Shown: piece by piece, positions 19,761 through 26,069 of the stretch
Layout: each line of letters opens with the position of its first letter
How positions within the stretch are numbered: position 1 is the first letter of the stretch
Source of the DNA: an uncultured Muribaculum sp.
GTDB lineage: Bacteria > Bacteroidota > Bacteroidia > Bacteroidales > Muribaculaceae
DNA length: 64,000 bases
Assembly (NCBI GenBank): GCA_964562595.1
Contig: CAZLUB010000003.1
Span: 17,213 to 81,212, forward strand
Reading direction: 5' to 3'
Translations under genes and position numbers: made by a program
Notes under the pieces: generated by a model
The model's input: only the letters and a program-made list of their open reading frames with translations
What the model was told of the DNA's origin: nothing
Database searches by the model: none

Positions 19761-20579
19761 TTAAGCTTCTTCCTGAGTAGTCTCTTCGGCTACCGGAGTT
19801 TCAGTAGTCTTGCGGCTTACGCGACGACGTTCGCGCTTTGGTGCTGCAGGAGCAACTTCTTCGCCTTCGGCTGCAGTATCAACCTTTTCTGCCTTGCGTT
19901 CTTCAAGTCCTTCTGCCATAGCAGCGCATACGGTGTCGAGGATAATTTCGATAGACTTAGATGCGTCGTCGTTTGCAGGGATTACAAAATCAACGTTAGA
20001 GGGATCGGAGTTGGTGTCAACCATTGCAAATACAGGAATACCAAGACGATTTGCCTCGGCAACGGCGATACGCTCTTTAAGTACGTCTACAACAAACAAT
20101 GCAGAAGGAAGACGATTGAGGTCAGCAATTGAACCGAGTGTCTTTTCAAGTTTTGCACGTTGACGAGTGATTTGAAGCTTCTCGCGTTTTGAAAGGTTGT
20201 CGAAAGTACCGTCTTTAGTCATCTTGTCGATAGATGTCATCTTCTTTACAGCCTTGCGTATGGTTGGGAAGTTGGTGAGCATACCGCCCGGCCAGCGCTC
20301 GATTACATAAGGCATGTTGATAGAAGAAGCCTTATCGGCAATAACTTGCTTTGCTTGCTTTTTGGTGGCAACAAAGAGAACTTTTTTGCCTGATTTTACT
20401 ATGCTCTTGAGAGCAGCTGCAGCTTCTTCAACCTTTGCAGCTGTCTTGTAGAGGTCGATGATGTGGATACCATTGCGCTCCATGAAGATGTAAGGAGCCA
20501 TAGCAGGATTCCATTTTCTTTTAAGGTGACCGAAATGGCAACCTGCTTCGAGTAGTTGTTCAAATGTTGGAGTTGACAT
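19761..20579 (-). CDS. rpsB: 30S ribosomal protein S2
   Basis: 'HFGHLKRKWNPAMAPYIF', 'ERWPGGMLTN'. It carries an acidic/basic C-terminal extension. Confidence 0.95.
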   Translation of the reverse strand: MSTPTFEQLLEAGCHFGHLKRKWNPAMAPYIFMERNGIHIIDLYKTAAKVEEAAAALKSIVKSGKKVLFVATKKQAKQVIADKASSINMPYVIERWPGGMLTNFPTIRKAVKKMTSIDKMTKDGTFDNLSKREKLQITRQRAKLEKTLGSIADLNRLPSALFVVDVLKERIAVAEANRLGIPVFAMVDTNSDPSNVDFVIPANDDASKSIEIILDTVCAAMAEGLEERKAEKVDTAAEGEEVAPAAPKRERRRVSRKTTETPVAEETTQEEA

Positions 20580-20713
20580 TTTGAATAATTTTGTTGTTTA
20601 CGTTCTGATTAAATTACAATCTCGGGGTAGGGAACGTGTCCATCTGCGAGATTTAGATGCTAAACACTTATATATTGCTGATAAAAAGCAATTAAGATTA
20701 TGCTGCCAAAAGA

Positions 20714-21100
20714 TTAACGCTTTGAGAATTGGAAGCGCTTGCGAGCTTTTGGCTGACCTGGTTTTTTACGCTCTACAACGCGAGGGTCACGAGTCATGAA
20801 GCCTTCAGCGCGGAGTGCTGGCTTGTCTTCAGGATTAATCTTGACGAGTGCGCGTGCAATAGCGAGACGAAGAGCTTCGGCTTGTCCTTTGTAACCACCA
20901 CCGTCAAGGTTAACCTTGATGTCATACTTCTCAACAACGTTGAGGGTGTTGAGTGGTTGTTTAACGATATATTGAAGTATAGATGACGGGAAATATACCT
21001 CAAGCGCACGCTTGTTGATAGTGATTTTGCCTTCGCCTTCGGTTACAAAAACGCGTGCGATAGCGGCCTTACGACGGCCTACTGCATTTACCTGTTCCAT
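20714..21100 (-). CDS. rpsI: 30S ribosomal protein S9
   Basis: 128 aa. 'GRRKAAIARV' and C-terminal 'PKARKRFQFSKR'. Confidence 0.95.
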   Translation of the reverse strand: MEQVNAVGRRKAAIARVFVTEGEGKITINKRALEVYFPSSILQYIVKQPLNTLNVVEKYDIKVNLDGGGYKGQAEALRLAIARALVKINPEDKPALRAEGFMTRDPRVVERKKPGQPKARKRFQFSKR

Positions 21101-21105
21101 ACTTC

Positions 21106-21585
21106 TTATTTGATTGTGTTAATGTCAATAACTTTTGGGTTTTGAGCTGCGTGAGGATGCTCGGGGCCATTGTAAACGTGAAGGTTTTCAATGAGACGAC
21201 GGCCGATGCGGTTCTTAGGAAGCATACCTTTGAGCACCTTTAAATACAAGGGGTGATAGCCGGGTTTGATGTGGCTGTTGAGAGATTTCTTCATGAGTAT
21301 CTCTGGGGTAGCGCAACGCTGTCCTCCGGGGTAGCCGGTGTAAGAGAGATATTCGCGTGAAGTCCACTTGCTTCCGGTCAATTTCACCTTGTCGGCATTT
21401 ACGATGATGACATTGTCACCACACTCTACGAATGGAGAGTATGTGGGTTTGTGCTTGCCACGAAGAATGATGGCAACTTTTGCGCATAGGCGACCAAGAA
21501 CTTGGTCGGTAGCGTCGATAACCACCCATTCTTTGTTGCAGTTTGCTGCGTTGGGGGTAATGGTTTTGTAGCTTAAAGTATCCAC
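21106..21585 (-). CDS. rplM: 50S ribosomal protein L13 (GTG start)
   Basis: 'WVVIDATDQVLGRLCAKVAIILRGKHKPTYSP'. The start codon read on the minus strand is GTG GAT ACT. Confidence 0.93.
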   Translation of the reverse strand: MDTLSYKTITPNAANCNKEWVVIDATDQVLGRLCAKVAIILRGKHKPTYSPFVECGDNVIIVNADKVKLTGSKWTSREYLSYTGYPGGQRCATPEILMKKSLNSHIKPGYHPLYLKVLKGMLPKNRIGRRLIENLHVYNGPEHPHAAQNPKVIDINTIK

Positions 21586-21695
21586 GTTAAATGTTTAATT
21601 AATAGTTAAATAAGGTGATTTTTCACGACAACGCCACTCGACCAGAAGTGCCGCGTGTGTCAAATCTGTTTATTAATTTGGACATAATCGGTGCG

Positions 21696-21703
21696 CAAAG
21701 GTA
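21696..21703 (-). promoter_or_regulatory. -7 box TACCTTTG for the rplM-rpsI operon
   Basis: The + strand reads CAAAGGTA, about 110 nt upstream of the GTG start. This implies a ~100-nt leader. Confidence 0.5.
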
Positions 21704-21897
21704 CGAAAAATGCTTTTTCTGACCAAAAGTTTTTTGTTTAAAAACGAAAATATAGAATTCTTAACTTAATTTAACGCACTTGATTAAGCTATAAAATACT
21801 TGAGGATAATAAAAATTGGCTTTTACAGATTGACCGTCCTGCAGGCGTGGCATATATTGTCAAAGATGTGTGGTGCAGCAATGTGTGTTTGGAGTGT

Positions 21898-22074
21898 TTA
21901 TTTGGCTTGCCACTTGCAGCGTACTGGAGAGAAAATCTTTTCTTCTTTTTTTAAAGTAGCCATTGCTTTATCAACATCTTTTTTGTCTAGTCCGGTTTCT
22001 TTAGCCAAGGTGGTTGCATTTACAGGGGCATTGATTTCTTTCATTTTTGCCAATACGATATCTACGTGTTCCAT
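21898..22074 (-). CDS. Small (58 aa) winged-helix/MarR-like DNA-binding protein, missed by the 60-aa ORF cutoff
   Basis: Hand translation gives MEHVDIVLAKMKEINAPVNATTLAKETGLDKKDVDKAMATLKKEEKIFSPVRCKWQAK*. The helix-turn-helix-like core is 'TTLAKETGLDKKDVDKAM'. It lies 46 nt downstream of the ABC ATPase on the same strand. Confidence 0.55.
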   Translation of the reverse strand: MEHVDIVLAKMKEINAPVNATTLAKETGLDKKDVDKAMATLKKEEKIFSPVRCKWQAK

Positions 22075-22120
22075 AATCGAGATGTTATTATATTAATAAA
22101 TGTATTTTGTACTATAATAA

Positions 22121-22810
22121 TCAGTCACATTCGGAGTGGGTGAAGTGGTGCTGGGCGGCGCATTCGTGTAATTTGTGATCTATGATGATGTGGCGGTCGG
22201 CCATGCCCGATATTGTCGACATGTCATGTGAAACGAGCAAGATGGTGGTGTCTTTGGCCAATTGTGCGATAAGGTCGTAAAGCTGATGCTCAAAGTGCTT
22301 GTCGACGTAACTTAGAGGTTCATCAAGAATTAATATTTCGGGGCGTGAAATTATGGCACGACCCAGTAGTGTGCGTTGTAGCTGTCCTCCTGACAGTTCT
22401 CCGATGGAGTGCATGGCGTGTTGCTCAAGTCCCATGAGGGATATTGTGTCGTCGATAAGCTCTTTTTTCTGAGCATGAGAGAGGTGCTTGGCGACAAGCA
22501 ACCCTGATGCTATGACTTCCTGGACTAATATGGGAAATCGGCTGTCTATGGAAGTTTTTTGAGGTAGATATCCTATAGGCAACCTATCAGTAGGGTGTGA
22601 ATTTTGGAAGTATTGAACTGTGCCTTTAGTGGGTTTTAGTAAACGTAGTATGATGCGCAAAAGAGTGGTTTTGCCTCCTCCGTTAGGGCCGGTGATGGCA
22701 ATGAAATCTCCTTTGTTTACTTGTAGGCATATGTCGTGCAGTATAGGACGCTTGTCATACTGCAACCACACGTGGTCGAGATTAATTAGGGTGTGCTGAA
22801 GCGATGGCAT
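22121..22810 (-). CDS. Metal (Zn/Mn-type) ABC transporter ATP-binding protein
   Basis: Walker A 'GPNGGGKTT', signature 'LSGGQLQR', Walker B 'ILILDEP'. The first ATG is at 22810; the track start at 22816 is TTG. It overlaps the upstream SBP gene by 29 nt. Confidence 0.85.
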   Translation of the reverse strand: MPSLQHTLINLDHVWLQYDKRPILHDICLQVNKGDFIAITGPNGGGKTTLLRIILRLLKPTKGTVQYFQNSHPTDRLPIGYLPQKTSIDSRFPILVQEVIASGLLVAKHLSHAQKKELIDDTISLMGLEQHAMHSIGELSGGQLQRTLLGRAIISRPEILILDEPLSYVDKHFEHQLYDLIAQLAKDTTILLVSHDMSTISGMADRHIIIDHKLHECAAQHHFTHSECD

Positions 22811-23660
22811 CGGCAATGATGAGTATTTGTTCCTTCCAGTCGTAGCTTAAGGGATTGATGTTGACTATTTCTGCGCCTATTTGCTGATTGACGGCTTGTG
22901 CTTGTCGAGAATCCATGTCTTTTTGAAAGAAAAAGACTCGGGCATTGAGCGAACGAGCATGGTCGATGCCGTTTTGCAAACGCAATATCGACGACTCTTT
23001 GTTTTCTGTGTCAAGTGATATTTGCTCGAGGCCATAGTCGCGGGCAAAATAGCTTAATGAAGGATGCCATACGAGGAATGCTTGTCCGCGCAAAGGTTCA
23101 AGCATCGTGGATATGTTGGCGTCGAGCGAGTCTAACTCGGTTAGGAATGATTTGAAGTGCCGTGAATAATATTCCTTGTTGGACGGGTCAAGTTCGACAA
23201 CGGCTTTAAACATGTTGTTGGCAATCATTTTGGCATTGCGTACGGAGGTCCATGTGTGTGGATCTGTTTCGTGGGCGTGTCCATGTGTGCCCGATATTAA
23301 AGCTATGCCTTCGGAATTGTCGTAGATTTTTAAGTCGGGATTGCTATTGCGCACTTTGTTTAAGATGGCACTTTCAAAGCCGATGTTGCCAATTCGAAAG
23401 TATGCTTTGCAATTTTCGAGATTGATTAGGTGGGATAGGCTTGGGTCGTAGAACTCAGGGTTTGCGCCGTTGCTGAGCAGACATTTTATGTCCCATTTGT
23501 CACCAGTAATCTTTTCAAGCATATACTTTTGTGGTTGTATGCTGACGGTGATGCTTTGTTTTTCAGTGCTCTTTGTTGCGCATGACAAGACAATGGCGCA
23601 TAGGCATGCTGATATGACGACTAAGGCCGTAAGATATTTTATCTTGTGGGTGAATGTCAT
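22782..23660 (-). CDS. Metal ABC transporter substrate-binding protein (ZnuA/TroA-like)
   Basis: 292 aa with a lipoprotein-type signal (..ISACLCA). His cluster 'GTHGHAHETDPHTW' includes the DPH-x-W segment typical of this SBP class. Confidence 0.8.
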   Translation of the reverse strand: MTFTHKIKYLTALVVISACLCAIVLSCATKSTEKQSITVSIQPQKYMLEKITGDKWDIKCLLSNGANPEFYDPSLSHLINLENCKAYFRIGNIGFESAILNKVRNSNPDLKIYDNSEGIALISGTHGHAHETDPHTWTSVRNAKMIANNMFKAVVELDPSNKEYYSRHFKSFLTELDSLDANISTMLEPLRGQAFLVWHPSLSYFARDYGLEQISLDTENKESSILRLQNGIDHARSLNARVFFFQKDMDSRQAQAVNQQIGAEIVNINPLSYDWKEQILIIADAIASAHPN

Positions 23661-23696
23661 AGATGTTGTGTGAAAGCCTTTTTATTTGTTGTTTTG

Positions 23697-23704
23697 CAAA
23701 TTTA
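23697..23704 (-). promoter_or_regulatory. -7 box TAAATTTG for the metal ABC operon
   Basis: The + strand reads CAAATTTA, 37 nt upstream of ATG 23660. Confidence 0.5.
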
Positions 23705-23762
23705 ATAAATATTCACCGAAAAACAAATTCCCGATGTTGAAAGTGCCCCGATTTAGGAGTTG

Positions 23763-24299
23763 TTACCTAATATTATAGACAATTTGGTAAAGCAATTGTT
23801 TTGCGCGATCTGGGTTGATTGTTTTTGTCGACATAAGTTTTAGTTTTACATCGTTGCCGTGGGGAGTATAAGGAGGCTGCGTGTATTCATAGTCGCCGTA
23901 GAGGTGAAATCTGTGGCGGTTGTAGAAGTTGATGCGTCGACGTTGCATTTCTCCATTTTCAGCCGGTTCGACCTCCAAAATAGTTGGCAGGGTCTCGGCT
24001 TTTGCAATGGCAAAATCTATGGCTTTCCCACCAATGCCCATGTTGCGCATTTGCCGATTTATGGCTAAATGCTTGACGTAGAGAGCCTCGCCGAGATTCC
24101 ATAGTGATATCATTCCGACCAATGTGCCGTCATCAAGAGATATGCAGTAGAAAGAATAAGGGGAGCCGACTTTGGATGCCATGAAGATTATGTCGTTCCA
24201 AGGACGGCGTTCGTCAGGAGGAAAAGATTCGAAATATAAATTTCTCAGTTCTTCGCAGAAGCAATTTGTATCGGATATGCAAGTGTAGTGAATGTTCAT
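23763..24299 (-). CDS. GNAT family N-acetyltransferase
   Basis: 178 aa. 'RQMRNMGIGGKAIDFA' is the acetyl-CoA binding (R/Q-x-x-G-x-G/A) segment. Confidence 0.8.
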   Translation of the reverse strand: MNIHYTCISDTNCFCEELRNLYFESFPPDERRPWNDIIFMASKVGSPYSFYCISLDDGTLVGMISLWNLGEALYVKHLAINRQMRNMGIGGKAIDFAIAKAETLPTILEVEPAENGEMQRRRINFYNRHRFHLYGDYEYTQPPYTPHGNDVKLKLMSTKTINPDRAKQLLYQIVYNIR

Positions 24300-24373
24300 G
24301 TTGCAAAGTTACAAATGTTGTGATAGAGTGGATATTTTCTGGGATAAAAAATGATAAAATGCTTTTTATTATG

Positions 24374-24381
24374 TATATTTG
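24374..24381 (+). promoter_or_regulatory. -7 box TATATTTG for the Lrp/AsnC gene
   Basis: 42 nt upstream of ATG 24423. Confidence 0.5.
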
Positions 24382-24422
24382 CTACATAAAAATTAAATAT
24401 TAACAATTAAAACGTAATTAAA

Positions 24423-24890
24423 ATGGGACGTGTACAATTAGACTCTCTCGATTACAAGATTTTACACATGTTGACGTTGAATGCGCGCAAGCCATATTTA
24501 GAAATCGCACGCGAATGTGGCGTGTCGGGCGCGGCGATTCATCAGCGAATACAAAAATTGACTGCTATGGGTGTGTTTAAAGGCGCAGAGTGCCTTATTG
24601 AGCCATCGGCTGTTGGGTATGATACATGTGCATATATAGGCTTTTTCTTGAAAGATCCATCGCAGTTTGATGCTGTGGTAGAAAAACTCAAGGAAATTCC
24701 AGAGGTGGTTGAGGTGCATTTTACCACCGGTCAGTATGATATGTTTATCAAATTGTTTGCTCGCAACAACGATCATTTGCTCCACATAATTCATGAACAA
24801 TTGCAAGGATTGGGGCTAGCTCGTACTGAATCTTTGATTTCATTTAAGGAAGTGTTTAAACGCCAGATTCCTATTATAGAAAACAATTGA
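24423..24890 (+). CDS. Lrp/AsnC family transcriptional regulator
   Basis: 155 aa. N-terminal HTH 'LDYKILHMLTLNARKPYLEIARECGVSGAAIHQRIQKL' plus a C-terminal RAM-like domain. Confidence 0.88.
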   Translation: MGRVQLDSLDYKILHMLTLNARKPYLEIARECGVSGAAIHQRIQKLTAMGVFKGAECLIEPSAVGYDTCAYIGFFLKDPSQFDAVVEKLKEIPEVVEVHFTTGQYDMFIKLFARNNDHLLHIIHEQLQGLGLARTESLISFKEVFKRQIPIIENN

Positions 24891-24926
24891 TCTCGTGTCG
24901 ACGTTACTATATTAAATAGTAATGAA

Positions 24927-25706
24927 ATGAATAACCTTGAAGTAAAAACGATCATAGGCGATGCCATGGTGTGGGCTCGTGAGGCCGGGGATGTATTAAT
25001 GCGATATTTCCGAGGCGATAATCTAGATGTCCATTCTAAAGGCAATGCAAGCGATTTGGTTACTGCTGCCGATAAAGCCGCGGAGCAGGTCATAATAAGG
25101 CATATAAGAGATGCCTATCCTCAGCATGCTATTTTATCGGAGGAGTCTGGGACTGACGGTCGAGTTGACGAGTATCGGTGGGTGATAGACCCTCTTGATG
25201 GCACTATGAATTTTTCGCAAGGTTTGCCTCTGTTCTGTGTGTCAATAGGTATAGAATATAGAGGTCGAGCGGTAGCCGGAGTGGTGTATGTCCCAAATCT
25301 AAATGAATTGTTCTATGCAGTCAGAGGAGAAGGGGCTTTTCTCAATGGACGGATAATCAAGGTCGGTGGCAAGTCTTCATTGTCAGAGTCGGTTGTCGCT
25401 ACGGGCTTTCCGGTTGATAAGGATGTAAATCCGGTTAATAATATTGACAATGTGGCGGTGATTGTACCACAAGTAAGAGGATTGCGTCGATTTGGTTCAG
25501 CGGCATTGGATTTGTGCTATGTTGCATCAGGTCAATTTGATGGATATTGGGAGATGAATTTGCATGAATGGGATGTGTGCGCTGCATTGCTGATTTTAGA
25601 GGAGGCGGGAGGTGTATATTCTCATTTCCGTTCTGATCGTAATATTTCAATAGTTGCCGGCAATAAGAATATTCACGATGCCATAGCTCGACTATTAAAA
25701 TTGTAG
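24927..25706 (+). CDS. suhB: Inositol monophosphatase family protein
   Basis: 259 aa. 'WVIDPLDGTMNF' and 'ILSEESG' are IMPase signatures. Confidence 0.88.
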   Translation: MNNLEVKTIIGDAMVWAREAGDVLMRYFRGDNLDVHSKGNASDLVTAADKAAEQVIIRHIRDAYPQHAILSEESGTDGRVDEYRWVIDPLDGTMNFSQGLPLFCVSIGIEYRGRAVAGVVYVPNLNELFYAVRGEGAFLNGRIIKVGGKSSLSESVVATGFPVDKDVNPVNNIDNVAVIVPQVRGLRRFGSAALDLCYVASGQFDGYWEMNLHEWDVCAALLILEEAGGVYSHFRSDRNISIVAGNKNIHDAIARLLKL

Positions 25707-25727
25707 ACATTCTAATATTTGGCTATA

Positions 25728-25772
25728 CACACAGGAGTTTCCCATACAGAGAAGCTCCTGTGTGCTGTTTTG
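25728..25772 (+). terminator. Rho-independent terminator of the IMPase gene
   Basis: CACACAGGAG (25728-25737) is complementary to CTCCTGTGTG (25755-25764), followed by CTGTTTTG. Confidence 0.7.
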
Positions 25773-25776
25773 AAAC

Positions 25777-25791
25777 TTAAGAAGTTGTTTA
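25777..25791 (+). repeat. Motif copy 1: TTAAGAAGTTGTTTA
   Basis: 14/15 identical to copy 2 (direct orientation). It is also 14/15 complementary to copy 3 (inverted orientation). Confidence 0.8.
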
Positions 25792-25816
25792 TAGTACCAT
25801 AATCGATAATATTTCA

Positions 25817-25824
25817 TATCTTTG
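25817..25824 (+). promoter_or_regulatory. Orphan -7 box TATCTTTG with no annotated gene downstream
   Basis: Exact TAnnTTTG match between two convergent gene ends. It points into the AT-rich element. Confidence 0.45.
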
Positions 25825-25834
25825 TCGATGGAAA

Positions 25835-25849
25835 TTAAGAAGCTGTTTA
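25835..25849 (+). repeat. Motif copy 2: TTAAGAAGCTGTTTA (left arm of the long inverted repeat)
   Basis: Read directly from the sequence. It is part of the 19-nt arm at 25838-25856. Confidence 0.8.
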
Positions 25850-26020
25850 AAATTTTCTTTAAAAATTAATTACAGCTATCTGAGAAACAAAGTTTCAGAT
25901 TCTTTAAGGCTCTTTTGGCCGATTTTTTCACCAAACTGCTTGAAAATAGCTCGCTATTATCTTCGCAGTTTAATAAAAAATAATCCAAAATAACTCTTAA
26001 AATAATCTCGAAATAAAATT

Positions 26021-26035
26021 TAAACAACTTCTGAA
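26021..26035 (-). repeat. Motif copy 3 (inverted): the + strand reads TAAACAACTTCTGAA
   Basis: The reverse complement TTCAGAAGTTGTTTA matches copy 1 at 14/15 positions. Confidence 0.8.
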
Positions 26036-26069
26036 TTTATTATAGATTATATCGAACTCAAGTTAAACG

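Larger units (their letters stand above)
25832..26038 (+). other. ~207-bp AT-rich non-coding element closed by a ~22-bp imperfect inverted repeat; candidate sRNA, MITE or inverton
   Basis: AGAAGCTGTTTAAAATTTT (25838-25856) pairs with AAAATTTAAACAACTTCT (26015-26032): 17 pairs, 1 mismatch, 1 bulge. AAATT (25832-25836) and AATTT (26034-26038) extend it. Internal hairpins are at 25880-25898 and 25933-25971. The only ORF is 13 codons. Confidence 0.5.

Noticed and set aside
21800-22096. 98-aa + strand ORF from the track (TTG start, hydrophobic)
   Set aside because: It is antisense to a better-supported 58-aa ATG-initiated wHTH ORF. It has no promoter box, a non-ATG start, and a composition expected from reading a coding region backwards.
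25832-26038. Identity of the AT-rich element as a known housekeeping RNA (6S, tmRNA, RNase P or 4.5S)
   Set aside because: It has no tRNA-like ends or tag ORF (tmRNA). It lacks the conserved RNase P or SRP core sequences. I could not fold it by hand into a convincing 6S-type rod with a central bubble. It is left as an unclassified candidate.
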